This document shows, one piece after another, positions 36,348-47,412 of a stretch of DNA of 64,000 bases (positions within the stretch are counted from its first letter, which is position 1; each line of letters begins with the position of its first letter). The stretch lies in sequence record MW057919.1, one strand, 5' to 3'. The notes under the pieces are model-generated. The model had not been told where the DNA came from, made no database searches, and saw only the letters and a program-made list of their open reading frames with translations. The position numbers and the translations under genes were made by a program.

Positions 36348-36355
36348 TATATTAC
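36348..36355 (+). promoter_or_regulatory. Early promoter TATATTAC
   Basis: CATTTAAAGGCTATATTAC, similar to the 1998 promoter context. Confidence 0.75.
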
Positions 36356-36389
36356 AAACATGATAATAATCCATGTTAAAGGAATAATC

Positions 36390-36617
36390 ATGAATAGCCT
36401 TGCATATAAAACAACTGTTGTATTCGGTAAGACATATCGCGTAACAGGTAACAAAGCATTTATATCCATTCTAGATTCACGTGGCAATATTTGCTTTGAA
36501 TTAAATATCGTTGAAAAGAAAGCATGTCAACCGTGTAATAACTTTAGACGGTATTGTTCAGGTATTGGTATTGCACCTGGTGATCTCATCAAAAAGATTC
36601 TCAACAGTATTAATTGA
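36390..36617 (+). CDS. Small early protein (75 aa)
   Basis: ATG 36390 with SD AAGGA downstream of the promoter; the longer track start 36312 overlaps the promoter. Confidence 0.7.
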   Translation: MNSLAYKTTVVFGKTYRVTGNKAFISILDSRGNICFELNIVEKKACQPCNNFRRYCSGIGIAPGDLIKKILNSIN

Positions 36618-36675
36618 TGATGGGTTATACCAGTATGTTTTTAAATATAGTGTTATTTAGATATTATCTTAATGG

Positions 36676-36727
36676 CATAAGCCCTCCCGCAATGGGAGGG
36701 CATTATGTCTTTTTTTTTTATTTTTTT

Positions 36728-36730
<3 letters not shown>
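36676..36730. terminator. Bidirectional CATA-hairpin-TATG element plus long T runs
   Basis: CATA-A-GCCCTCCC-GCAAT-GGGAGGGC-AT-TATG then two T runs of about 9-10 nt. Confidence 0.85.
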
Positions 36731-37537
<807 letters not shown>

Positions 37538-37664
37538 CTATAATGCGCTGTACGCGTTTTTTCGATGGAGATAATACCCAACTAAGGTATAATATACATC
37601 GGCTTACCACGAACAGATTTGACTAAAAATATTTTTAGATCTATATCATGTTCCTGAACATTTA

Positions 37665-38093
37665 ATGAGAGATTGTACTGTGACTACTCCCCAAGTAGCT
37701 GACCTGTATGTAATAGATGTAACGAGGGTGATAGCCAAGTTAGTACCAAGATCGCCAAAAGAGCTAATAAATGCTCGTTTAGCAATTAGGTGCCAAAGCT
37801 TTGGAATACATCCAGATGACTATGGTACATTAGAGCATATATTTAAATCAGTAGAGGACAGCTTAATTGATGACTTCTTTAAATATTCTATTGACTCTTT
37901 TGAATTCATGTATACTACTGGATATAATCCAATAAATAACACCCCTCAAGAAATCCAATGGTTTCATGATAATCATGAGGCCGCATCTGATCTTTGGGAT
38001 ATATTAAAAATTATACCTAGAGTAAATGCAGGTAAGTTTGTAATATTTTATCGGTTAAAGAACACAGTTTGGATCGCTATTCCAAAAAATTAA
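37665..38093 (+). CDS. Hypothetical protein
   Basis: 142-aa ORF; upstream TTTTTAGATCTATATCAT promoter variant. Confidence 0.75.
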   Translation: MRDCTVTTPQVADLYVIDVTRVIAKLVPRSPKELINARLAIRCQSFGIHPDDYGTLEHIFKSVEDSLIDDFFKYSIDSFEFMYTTGYNPINNTPQEIQWFHDNHEAASDLWDILKIIPRVNAGKFVIFYRLKNTVWIAIPKN

Positions 38094-38106
38094 TTGGAGA
38101 AATATA

Positions 38107-39180
38107 ATGTCGAATAAGCTCATTGTACTTGATACGCGCCACCAAGAAAAAGCAATATACGATTTACTAGGTCAGCTTACAGCTTCAGCTTCAATTGATG
38201 AAGCGATTGGGGTGAAATTGAGTAAAGATGTGGCTCAACAGTTTTTACATCTAATGGTTGAAAATATAGTAGAGAGTTTAGTTTCATATAAAACAGCCAA
38301 AGACCAGTACACCAATCTTAAGATGGCAGCAGCTATTTTTAATTGTGCTGTAACTGACGTAGATAGTAATAAAGTTGCTTGGGTAGAAAATCTAATGAAA
38401 CTACCTTATCTAGAAACTATCTATCTAGATATCTATAAACAAGTAGCTAAATATATCGATAGCGGTACATGGATCCAATGGGATGTAGTTAAAGCTGGTT
38501 CAGTTATAACTTTAATCAGTGGCAAAGATTATCGTATCGCGGAATATGATCGTGTCCATGGGATTGATAATGGTGATGATCATGCAGTGGTATCACTTAA
38601 CCTACTGAACCCATTAAACTATTTATTTAGTGAATTTCTCCGTACATTCTTTCATGGCTTTGACAGAATTAATTTACAAACACTAGGTTATAGTATCTAC
38701 GAATCTAGGCGTAAAACTCAGCTATCTCTTGCTAATGGTGGTAGCTATACTTTAAATAAAGACCACATCACCACTAACCATGCATATAACATCGCAGTAG
38801 AATATATTCAAGAACAGTTAACTGCATTACTTATTGGTGTAATTGTTAAACAATATAGTAATATTAAAGTATCTTATCTAATACCTAAGGTTAACCATGA
38901 TTTCTTTGCAAGTTTAGGACTTGATAATTTATTACTATTTGAAGAGAAATATATTAGCCCTCTAGTTAGTTCTATTAACATGGCATATTTTTCAACCAGA
39001 ATTGAGCATGACGTTAAGTATGAACTAGAGTATCATAGCTATGTAATTTCTGTATACAAGAATAAGAATGCAACTTATCCTATTGAGAAATTAGTATTTG
39101 AATATCAACGTGGTGATTATTTACCTGATGATCAGCGAGCGCAAGCTGAGCGATACATTTTAGAAAATAATCTATACTAA
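38107..39180 (+). CDS. Conserved hypothetical protein
   Basis: 357-aa ORF, SD GGAG. Confidence 0.85.
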   Translation: MSNKLIVLDTRHQEKAIYDLLGQLTASASIDEAIGVKLSKDVAQQFLHLMVENIVESLVSYKTAKDQYTNLKMAAAIFNCAVTDVDSNKVAWVENLMKLPYLETIYLDIYKQVAKYIDSGTWIQWDVVKAGSVITLISGKDYRIAEYDRVHGIDNGDDHAVVSLNLLNPLNYLFSEFLRTFFHGFDRINLQTLGYSIYESRRKTQLSLANGGSYTLNKDHITTNHAYNIAVEYIQEQLTALLIGVIVKQYSNIKVSYLIPKVNHDFFASLGLDNLLLFEEKYISPLVSSINMAYFSTRIEHDVKYELEYHSYVISVYKNKNATYPIEKLVFEYQRGDYLPDDQRAQAERYILENNLY

Positions 39181-39183
39181 ATA

Positions 39184-39208
39184 AAGCCCTCCTTATGGGG
39201 GGCTTTAT
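39184..39208 (+). terminator. Hairpin terminator-like element
   Basis: AAAGCCCTCC-TTAT-GGGGGGCTTT. Confidence 0.7.
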
Positions 39209-39229
39209 ACCGATTATAAGGTTTTTATA

Positions 39230-39619
39230 ATGAACATATCTAATGATAAAGACACATCAATGTGTATCAGAATGGAAGTAAGATCTTTTGTACAAGATCA
39301 ACATTCTGATATTTGGAAATCTATAAAAAATAGTATTGGTGCAGAATATGCATTAACAATTGTATTGGCAGCAGCGTCTGAGAGGGCATCGGGTAGCACA
39401 TCTAATGATGTCATAGAACTAATTAATCAGATGCTGGGTTATAGGGATATTTGTGATATTAATTTAACAACTTATCTGTATAATTGTTCTAACCGGGTAG
39501 TTCTACCATCAGCTGGTAACATCCAGTTAAATAGGGTTATTTATGATACTGAGAAACCAGAAGATCTATACGTCACCATTACCCACACCACAACCTCGTT
39601 TTTTACTAAGAGCGACTAA
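39230..39619 (+). CDS. Hypothetical protein
   Basis: 129-aa ORF, SD AAGG. Confidence 0.75.
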   Translation: MNISNDKDTSMCIRMEVRSFVQDQHSDIWKSIKNSIGAEYALTIVLAAASERASGSTSNDVIELINQMLGYRDICDINLTTYLYNCSNRVVLPSAGNIQLNRVIYDTEKPEDLYVTITHTTTSFFTKSD

Positions 39620-39995
39620 AAGTAAACTTATTAAAGATGATAACTATCTAAGATTTGTATTGGACTTTTTAGATATTAGTTATATCGAAGCAATGCATTT
39701 GCTTGTTGCATTGGCAGAACAGAAGCTTATGCAAATGGTCGTTAAAGAAGAAATGTTCTATGAATATGCTAAAGACATTCATTTCATGCATAAACTAATA
39801 GAACTTCTCGATGAGGGTGCTGAGCAGATCATGCACCTCATTCCAACAAATACTAAGGAACTGTGGTATGAAACAGAAGCACGAGATGGATTGTACATCG
39901 GAGGAAGTACAACGTCTGGTATATGTATTGCCAATCGAAGTGGTATTCCCACAATTAATCACATTGATAAAGAAATTTACTTACCTAACAAATAA
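39543..39995 (+). CDS. Hypothetical protein (start uncertain)
   Basis: 150-aa ORF overlapping both neighbours. Confidence 0.6.
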   Translation: MILRNQKIYTSPLPTPQPRFLLRATKSKLIKDDNYLRFVLDFLDISYIEAMHLLVALAEQKLMQMVVKEEMFYEYAKDIHFMHKLIELLDEGAEQIMHLIPTNTKELWYETEARDGLYIGGSTTSGICIANRSGIPTINHIDKEIYLPNK

Positions 39996-40326
39996 AGATG
40001 AAGCTACAGTCATCGTCTTATTAACTCAATGGGTTGTTAAGATGATGTCTAAATTACAACAGGATAATACGGTTATTCCTTTTGTGGATATATCAATACA
40101 ACTAGGAAATGGTCCAGATTGGGATGAGTTCATTAATTTGTTCTATACAACTGGAATCCAATTACTACATAGAACACCGAAGAATTTAATAGACTATAAG
40201 TTCATTAGTGTAATAGATAACAAAGTTGTTCTATTAACTATAGTCACTGGTAAAGAGTGGAGTCAATATGCAATTGTTGCTAATTTTGAAACCGCGTTCT
40301 TTTACGGAAGAGCTAGGTGTAGATGA
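39886..40326 (+). CDS. Hypothetical protein (start uncertain)
   Basis: Open frame 39811-40326; protein-like sequence from ATG 39886. Confidence 0.6.
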   Translation: MDCTSEEVQRLVYVLPIEVVFPQLITLIKKFTYLTNKDEATVIVLLTQWVVKMMSKLQQDNTVIPFVDISIQLGNGPDWDEFINLFYTTGIQLLHRTPKNLIDYKFISVIDNKVVLLTIVTGKEWSQYAIVANFETAFFYGRARCR

Positions 40327-40702
40327 ACCGACTGACTTTGTACTGTGGTGTATCAATAGACTTCTAGCAGCATATGTAGAATACTTTAACCACTGGCAGA
40401 GATTAGATTGGCCTACCTTTTTAGAGCAATGGTTAGAAGATTACTTAAGCGATACCTATATAGAACCAGATAGACCGATGAGCATGATGGTATTTGATCA
40501 TCAGGGAAATCCTAATACTATCAATTGGCACTTAAGATCTGCTGAGATTATCGAAAGGGTATTGGATTTATTTGGAACTGATTTCTTAGAGATAATCCAA
40601 AAACAAGTTATTCAAGCAGGTAATCTTATTACTAGTCTTAAATGTATAGAAGTAGATAAATATAAGATGGTAACTAAATTAGTTATGAGGTCTCAAACAT
40701 GA
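40268..40702 (+). CDS. Hypothetical protein
   Basis: 144-aa ORF; SD-like GGAG; ATGA coupling to the next gene. Confidence 0.7.
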   Translation: MQLLLILKPRSFTEELGVDEPTDFVLWCINRLLAAYVEYFNHWQRLDWPTFLEQWLEDYLSDTYIEPDRPMSMMVFDHQGNPNTINWHLRSAEIIERVLDLFGTDFLEIIQKQVIQAGNLITSLKCIEVDKYKMVTKLVMRSQT

Positions 40703-41235
40703 TGCATCCACTTCTTTATAGACAACAAGAAATGCAGCGGATAAATGATGCTAATAACATAACTCCAGGCCAACAAGGAATGACGAGTTTCGTAGTTATT
40801 AACATCAGTGATATCTGGCCCATTGTTAATAAAATGGCTGATGTAGTTGTCAATAAGTCTTACAATACTCCTTACCCATATACTGAACACCAATCTATAG
40901 AACAGTTATGGTATCAGGCGATTAATGCATATATTGAATTTCTAGCACAACAGCCTACTCAACCAATTATAGGGGTTGACTATTATTTACAAGAATACTT
41001 TCCATCAGTAGCGCCTGTGATTATGCAAGATAAATATGCATTGAGTATTCTTAATATGTGGTTTGCAGCTGTGTGTAAAACACTGGCTAGTAAACTACAA
41101 TCTGAAATAGCGTATCTTTATCAGAATGGATATGGTGTAGAAAGAATCCAATCAATAGCAGTTGATCAACATAATCAAGGTTATATTCTAGAAGGTGAAG
41201 ACTTTGGTATGGACTGCTACAATGATGTGGATTAA
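40699..41235 (+). CDS. Hypothetical protein
   Basis: 178-aa ORF, SD GAGG. Confidence 0.8.
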   Translation: MMHPLLYRQQEMQRINDANNITPGQQGMTSFVVINISDIWPIVNKMADVVVNKSYNTPYPYTEHQSIEQLWYQAINAYIEFLAQQPTQPIIGVDYYLQEYFPSVAPVIMQDKYALSILNMWFAAVCKTLASKLQSEIAYLYQNGYGVERIQSIAVDQHNQGYILEGEDFGMDCYNDVD

Positions 41236-41307
41236 GTGACACATATTAACAATTGACGTAAATAGGAAAGCCTATCGGTTCACATAGGCTTCCTACTAGG
41301 AACCGAT

Positions 41308-41691
41308 ATGGAAAAACGAGTATTTATCGTATTTAAATCTAAAGAGTCAGAAATATATTCGCAACATTTGCTTCGTGAATATACAAAACGAATGATATAT
41401 CCAGATTGTCCAACACCACTTGATTTATTTGAAGAATCACGTAAGTTAAGTTATATGGATACGCTTAATAATGACATATATATCCATATGCTGATGTATG
41501 GACATGACTCATTTGATGATCCTGACGAAGATATTGAGTTAGAGAATTATTCTACTAAAGGATATGTTATTGAATATTGTACCGACTTTATCAATAGCTT
41601 TAAAGAAAAATTTCCAAATGGACATGTATTAATTACAGTGCCAATGGATACAAAAGGTCTGTTTGGTGTAGTTGTATTACTAGATGAGTAA
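41308..41691 (+). CDS. Hypothetical protein
   Basis: 127-aa ORF, SD AGGA within a structured leader. Confidence 0.8.
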   Translation: MEKRVFIVFKSKESEIYSQHLLREYTKRMIYPDCPTPLDLFEESRKLSYMDTLNNDIYIHMLMYGHDSFDDPDEDIELENYSTKGYVIEYCTDFINSFKEKFPNGHVLITVPMDTKGLFGVVVLLDE

Positions 41692-41716
41692 TACCCTATG
41701 TAACCAACTATTTTAG

Positions 41717-42142
<426 letters not shown>

Positions 42143-42147
42143 CTATA

Positions 42148-42171
42148 AAGGAGCCATTATGGCTCCTTTTA
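42148..42171 (+). terminator. Rho-independent terminator
   Basis: AAAGGAGCCAT-T-ATGGCTCCTTTT inverted repeat followed by T-rich sequence. Confidence 0.75.
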
Positions 42172-42342
42172 TGTTGTATTATTTTTACTTGCTTACATCA
42201 TCTAATGTGAATGTAAGTTGATGTGCTACCTCTCAATTTAGGGTGCCCGTATAGGGTACCCATTCTTTCCTTTTCTTTTTTAGTTAAAGAGAGAGAAATC
42301 ATTCACTATAATTAAAAATAAGTATACTGAGAGATATGTGAA

Positions 42343-44538
42343 ATGACCGCATTTGCCCAACCAAATCCGTTTTTAAAAGATGTCAATGATTACCATCGTG
42401 ATATTGATATCATTAATGCATGTCTTGATGATAATGCCAAATATCTTCAATTAATGACAAAAGATGAATTAAATATTAGTTTAGAAGAATGTAAAGAATT
42501 TGTTAAAGAACAATTACGTCAAAATGGCGAATATGCACTTCGTAATCCATTAGCAACTATTCTAGATAAAAATAAGTTTGGTGATAGGGAATTAAAGACG
42601 GTTTCATTTATGGCTTTTCTTAACCGTGTTAAGAAACAGAATCTATTATTATCTCCATCAATGACCGCATATTTACCAGAGTCTGTTAGACAGTCTACGC
42701 ACTCCATCTATATTGCCGAAGGTGTGAAAAACCGTAAGCGTGTTAAAGGTGAACAGATGCAGGCTGAACGTGAAGCAGCTGCTTTCCTACAGGCCGGCGA
42801 TAAAGAGAATTCACAAATTAAAACAGAACTTGCACAAGTACGTAAAGGCGAGCAAGAAAACTTCAAAATTAACAATAACTCATATTCAGGCGGTACTGTA
42901 TCTGCTGCCACTATTCTTTATTATAAGTCCACACACTCTAGTTTAACATCTACCTGTAGAACTGGTACCTCTTATGCTAACTCAAATAATGAAAAATTCA
43001 TTATGGGTAATAGGCATTATTATACTCCAGAAATCACAAAAGCTAATTTAGTAAACACTATTAATGTAGCTGATATGGAGTTAATTCAAAAAGCAGTAAC
43101 TAATTTTAATCTACATTGCCCAACGCCAGAAGAAGTAGTTGATATGGTTCTTTATTCAACTAAACACTATTGGCAAAATAAGTACTACACGGCGCAGATT
43201 TTAAAACTAGCTACTGGGATGACACCAGTCGAACGAGCAGCAGTTATGTACGTAGGTGATCTATATCACTTATATAAATACAATAAAGAATTAATCAAGA
43301 GCTTTCTAATTAAATTAAGCCAGGTTGGAACAAAAGAACAAATCATCACTGAAGAAGAATATTCAACTTATGATGGTGATATGGATCTATTGGCTAGCTT
43401 TATTTGCTTTGATACTGTTAAAGGTCGATCTAAAGCTAAACTAAAAGAGTCAGATCCAGATACATTAAACCAAGTTTATGCCACTGGTCGAAATATCGCT
43501 GAAACTCTTAATGAATATCGTCTATTGATTGAAGCTTTCTTCTTGACTAAATGTGTACCATCAAGCATTCATGCTTTTCCAACTGTGTATAGACGAGCTG
43601 CTGTTATTTCAGATACTGACTCCACTATGTTTACATTACAATGGTGGGTTGAGGAATTCTTTGGTAAAGTAACTTTTAGCAATGAAGCTAAGCGACTAGT
43701 ATTCGCACTAGTGTTTCTAGTGTCTGAAGTAGTTATGCATATCTTGGCGATTCAATCCGCTAATATGGGTGTATCTAAAGATAAGCTTCGTCTATTTGCA
43801 ATGAAGAACGAATATTATTTCGCAGTACTGGCCTTAACTACTCGTTCTAAACATTACTTTGCATCACAGGATGCCCAAGAAGGGGTAATGTTTAATGAGT
43901 CACGAATGGAGATCAAGGGTGTAGGACTAAGGGATAGTAAAGTACCTAAGAAGATTAATAGTCGTGCTAAAACACTCATGGAAGATATCATTAAAACTGT
44001 AAAGACTGAAGAGAAAATCGACTTGGCTTCAATTCTAAAAGAAGTTGGTGATATCGAAAGAGAAATTATTGAGTCTGTTAGAAGTGGTAAAGCTGAGTAT
44101 CTGACAAGTGGTCAAACTAAACGACCTGAGTCTTATAAATCTGAAGATAACTCAACCCATAAAAAGGGATTAGTGTGGAAGACTGTATTTGCTCCATCAT
44201 TTGGTGACGCTGGTGATCCACCTTATTCACATGTAAAGATCTCAGTTACTCTTAATAATAAAACTGCGATCAAAGAATGGATTGATGGTATCGAAGATAA
44301 GAAATTAGCTGCTCGTATTCAAGCATGGGTTACTGAAGAAAATAAAACCAGTATTGGTGATTTCCATATCCCGAGTACAGTAGTAGAAACTGGTCGTATT
44401 CCAGAAGTTATTACGCGTGTTGCTGACGTTAGAACTATCATTGGAAACACTATGGGTGTATTCTATCTAACCTTAGAGTCCCTAGGTATTTTCCTTATTG
44501 ATAAAAATAACGATCGACTCATCTCTGACTTCTATTAA
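42343..44538 (+). CDS. Family-B DNA polymerase, C-terminal (palm motif B/C, thumb) subunit of the split phiKZ polymerase (gp50)
   Basis: 731 aa; motif B KINNNSYSG, motif C ISDTDSTMF, KHYFA...EIKGVGL. Confidence 0.9.
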   Translation: MTAFAQPNPFLKDVNDYHRDIDIINACLDDNAKYLQLMTKDELNISLEECKEFVKEQLRQNGEYALRNPLATILDKNKFGDRELKTVSFMAFLNRVKKQNLLLSPSMTAYLPESVRQSTHSIYIAEGVKNRKRVKGEQMQAEREAAAFLQAGDKENSQIKTELAQVRKGEQENFKINNNSYSGGTVSAATILYYKSTHSSLTSTCRTGTSYANSNNEKFIMGNRHYYTPEITKANLVNTINVADMELIQKAVTNFNLHCPTPEEVVDMVLYSTKHYWQNKYYTAQILKLATGMTPVERAAVMYVGDLYHLYKYNKELIKSFLIKLSQVGTKEQIITEEEYSTYDGDMDLLASFICFDTVKGRSKAKLKESDPDTLNQVYATGRNIAETLNEYRLLIEAFFLTKCVPSSIHAFPTVYRRAAVISDTDSTMFTLQWWVEEFFGKVTFSNEAKRLVFALVFLVSEVVMHILAIQSANMGVSKDKLRLFAMKNEYYFAVLALTTRSKHYFASQDAQEGVMFNESRMEIKGVGLRDSKVPKKINSRAKTLMEDIIKTVKTEEKIDLASILKEVGDIEREIIESVRSGKAEYLTSGQTKRPESYKSEDNSTHKKGLVWKTVFAPSFGDAGDPPYSHVKISVTLNNKTAIKEWIDGIEDKKLAARIQAWVTEENKTSIGDFHIPSTVVETGRIPEVITRVADVRTIIGNTMGVFYLTLESLGIFLIDKNNDRLISDFY

Positions 44539-44545
44539 GAAATAT

Positions 44546-44569
44546 AGCCTCCCCTAGTGGGAGGCTTAT
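44546..44569 (+). terminator. Hairpin terminator-like element
   Basis: AGCCTCCC-CTAGT-GGGAGGCT. Confidence 0.7.
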
Positions 44570-44636
44570 ATACTAAAAAATAATTAAGATTTATATAGTC
44601 TGATTGCCAATTACTAACTTAATATGGTTCAATATA

Positions 44637-44813
44637 ATGACAAATCATACCGAATTTAATTTTGACTTAGATCGGATGAAGAAGGCAATTAACAGTGGTA
44701 CTATCACATTACCAACCGCTCCACCTGGGTTAACTCGTGAAGAAAAACGAGCATTTATCCGAAGTTATATTAAAGACAAATTAAAAGAGGTAACTAATGA
44801 TGAAAGAGAATAA
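44637..44813 (+). CDS. Small hypothetical protein (58 aa)
   Basis: ATG 44637 in the track ORF; upstream AAAAAATAATTAAGATTTATATAG promoter variant. Confidence 0.6.
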   Translation: MTNHTEFNFDLDRMKKAINSGTITLPTAPPGLTREEKRAFIRSYIKDKLKEVTNDERE

Positions 44814-45519
44814 AGAAGTCCGCGTAATTACCTGGAATGATTATAGTAAATTAGTAAATGATAATCGTATTAGGATCCATGGATTAGCACCTGATGATTC
44901 CACCAAAGCAACAGCCTATGTTCTTTTGGATGACGGTAGTGAAGAATTAGTATATGTAACTTATACCAACGAATTAAAAGAAGTTGATGTTACTACTGAA
45001 ACAACTGCAATTACTAGTGATAAAAGTTCACTAGATGATGTTCAACCAATTGGTTTAATTACCTCTAGTAACGAACCACCAAAGTTAATGAGTCTAAATG
45101 ACTATATTGATGAATTCAATTGGCACTCAAGTGCTGACAACGATTACAATAATGTCTCACTTGAATTAATGTTAAATACCCATCATACAACTCTTTGGGA
45201 ATGTGATAATATCCTGGTAAAAGACGTAACTATTAAACAAGCTCTTAAAGAAGGTGTTGATAAACAACTTATTAATACCGATAGTTCATTTGATGAACTA
45301 GTTACTCATCTAAGATTGACTGCTAAAGCTATTATGGACCCATTAGATGAAATGGATAATGGAGTTAAAAGCAGTGACCAAGCTGTAGTTGATCAATTAC
45401 TAAATCATGACCGCAAGCCAGGTAAGTTTAGTAATAAAATGCTATTACCAGCTATCCCAGGAATTAACCGAGCTGAACGTAGAAAATTACTTTCTAAAAT
45501 GAAGAAAGGTAATTTCTAA
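44797..45519 (+). CDS. Hypothetical protein
   Basis: 240-aa ORF, SD GAGG. Confidence 0.8.
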   Translation: MMKENKEVRVITWNDYSKLVNDNRIRIHGLAPDDSTKATAYVLLDDGSEELVYVTYTNELKEVDVTTETTAITSDKSSLDDVQPIGLITSSNEPPKLMSLNDYIDEFNWHSSADNDYNNVSLELMLNTHHTTLWECDNILVKDVTIKQALKEGVDKQLINTDSSFDELVTHLRLTAKAIMDPLDEMDNGVKSSDQAVVDQLLNHDRKPGKFSNKMLLPAIPGINRAERRKLLSKMKKGNF

Positions 45520-45527
45520 TAAAACGG

Positions 45528-45562
45528 CATATAACCCCCTCCAATTTAGGAGGGGGTTTATG
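45528..45562. terminator. Bidirectional CATA-hairpin-TATG element
   Basis: CATA-TA-ACCCCCTCC-AATTTA-GGAGGGGGT-T-TATG between convergent genes. Confidence 0.8.
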
Positions 45563-46654
45563 TCACATTTCTTTTCTTTTAAGTGCATCTATCATCCAAT
45601 CAACTTGTGCCTGTTGAGCTTTTACAAACTCACTATTTGCTTGTTGCTTAAATGCTTGATCATTAGATGCTTCTATAAGATCAATTAATACAGTGTTAAC
45701 AGAAGATTGATCATAACCAGTATTCTTTAAAAGCTGCCCTACAAGATACTTAATGAAGGGTGTGCGAGCCAATACATAAGCCCATTCATTATTCCTGTTA
45801 ATAGGTTCTCGTGGGAGCCGCATCATATCGAACAAATTAGATTGTACGATAGCTGGTGTTATCCATGATAAACCTTCCATGTCTACACCTTTTAATATGG
45901 ATTCTCTATTGATAGTTGTACATAGTTTATCAATACGTGGATTCATATCAGTGATGTAAAATGGATGCGGTATAGGGAATGTTGGATTTTTAATATCTAA
46001 AGCATTCCTTGCTAACCTATTAAAGAAAGAAATATCTAAATAAGAGTCAACCATATTTGGCAATACAAATGATCCTATAAACCTATAAGTGTCTTCTACT
46101 TCATCAGGATTCTTCTCAACTTGCCATCGATACCAGTAACGGTACATCACAAGAAGCATTGGTATATTTACTAGAGTTACACCATAGCCTCTACCCTGTG
46201 TGGTATTGTTCATGATAGGTAAATTAGTATCAGTACGTGTATGATACAGATACGTAACAGGGGAAAGTTTATACCATGTTTTATTTAGATCTTTTAGATC
46301 AAAGCTCTCTGATGTGGATACTAGAACTTCTTCAGTTTGAGGACCAAGTGTAACACCACCTACATGAACCTTACCTTTATTTAAAGATGATGTAATACCA
46401 AATGAACGAATAATAGCACGTGAACGATCGTCCACGTTCTTTATAAAAGTAGCATCATCACTTAGTAACTCTACGTTAAAATGTCGAATCATTTGTGCTA
46501 ATATGTTTTTAGATTCAACATACTTCGGTGCCCGTCTATAATAACTTTTAACGTCCCTAATTTGCTCAGCGTAGATTCGTCGGATATAATGGATGTTAGG
46601 ATCAACCACCTGCCCCAATTTACGTGACGGAGCATTCTTAAATAAATTATACAT
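45563..46654 (-). CDS. Conserved putative virion structural protein (gp52-like)
   Basis: 363-aa ORF on the late strand; synteny two genes upstream of chmA. Confidence 0.7.
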   Translation of the reverse strand: MYNLFKNAPSRKLGQVVDPNIHYIRRIYAEQIRDVKSYYRRAPKYVESKNILAQMIRHFNVELLSDDATFIKNVDDRSRAIIRSFGITSSLNKGKVHVGGVTLGPQTEEVLVSTSESFDLKDLNKTWYKLSPVTYLYHTRTDTNLPIMNNTTQGRGYGVTLVNIPMLLVMYRYWYRWQVEKNPDEVEDTYRFIGSFVLPNMVDSYLDISFFNRLARNALDIKNPTFPIPHPFYITDMNPRIDKLCTTINRESILKGVDMEGLSWITPAIVQSNLFDMMRLPREPINRNNEWAYVLARTPFIKYLVGQLLKNTGYDQSSVNTVLIDLIEASNDQAFKQQANSEFVKAQQAQVDWMIDALKRKEM

Positions 46655-46735
46655 GGTTATTATCCGATTAAAAATTAATTGAGATCTATATCATAGTTTG
46701 GTAACAACAGTAGTAATTACAAATAGGAATATACA

Positions 46736-47101
46736 ATGGCTAAAAATAATGTTGAAGATCCGCCACTATATTTAGGTAATAACAAAGATCTTACTGTATA
46801 CATGACTAGCAAAGAAATTGTAGTAAACTTTTTCAATGTCGAGCGTAGGATTAAGATAGATCCTAATGATCCCAATCCATTAGCAACTGCTACTAAACTC
46901 CATGAGGAATTAATAAAGGTATTAGTCGCATATCGATTTGGTAGTGTAGTTAAAGTAAATGAAACATCTGCTTCGGCACATTCACCATTTATTGCTAAAT
47001 TTGATACAACTGATAATAATAAAGTTGATCCAGTTAGTAAACTATACAAACTGTATCATTCTCTTTTTGGAACAGTTCGTAAGTATATGCGAAGTAAATG
47101 A
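46736..47101 (+). CDS. Hypothetical protein (gp53-like)
   Basis: 121-aa ORF, SD AGGA; upstream AAAAATTAATTGAGATCTATATCAT promoter variant. Confidence 0.8.
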   Translation: MAKNNVEDPPLYLGNNKDLTVYMTSKEIVVNFFNVERRIKIDPNDPNPLATATKLHEELIKVLVAYRFGSVVKVNETSASAHSPFIAKFDTTDNNKVDPVSKLYKLYHSLFGTVRKYMRSK

Positions 47102-47332
47102 TAACTGCATTTTATAAAAATACTGATAGTTATTATTTAATACAGGACTGACGTAAATTAGTTTCTGGATTCAAACTTTATACCCATAAACTCAAAAAAG
47201 AAGATATGGAAATTGTAAGATGAAAAATAAATAATACTCAGATTGTAATAATATGTAGTGAACATAGTGTTCGTTACGATCTGCTGATAGCAGATTATAG
47301 CGTCTATGTTGTAATGAAAAAAATTTGAGATT

Positions 47333-47340
47333 TATATTAC
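47333..47340 (+). promoter_or_regulatory. Early promoter of chmA (TATATTAC)
   Basis: AAAAAAATTTGAGATTTATATTAC, 72 nt upstream of the chmA start. Confidence 0.85.
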
Positions 47341-47412
47341 TAAATTGAATCTAGTATACTAAGTACTTAGGTTCTTCTTGATCAAGAAACCATAATCGTA
47401 AAGGTATTTAAA

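Noticed and set aside
42343-44538. DNA polymerase lacking exonuclease and motif A, possible pseudogene
   Set aside because: phiKZ-like phages have a known split family-B polymerase with the other part encoded elsewhere; the ORF is intact.
47098-47223. ATGA-coupled short frame with an in-frame TGA, suggesting stop-codon read-through or recoding
   Set aside because: Only 41 codons in AT-rich DNA, and TGA is used as a normal stop by many genes in the window; chance is sufficient.
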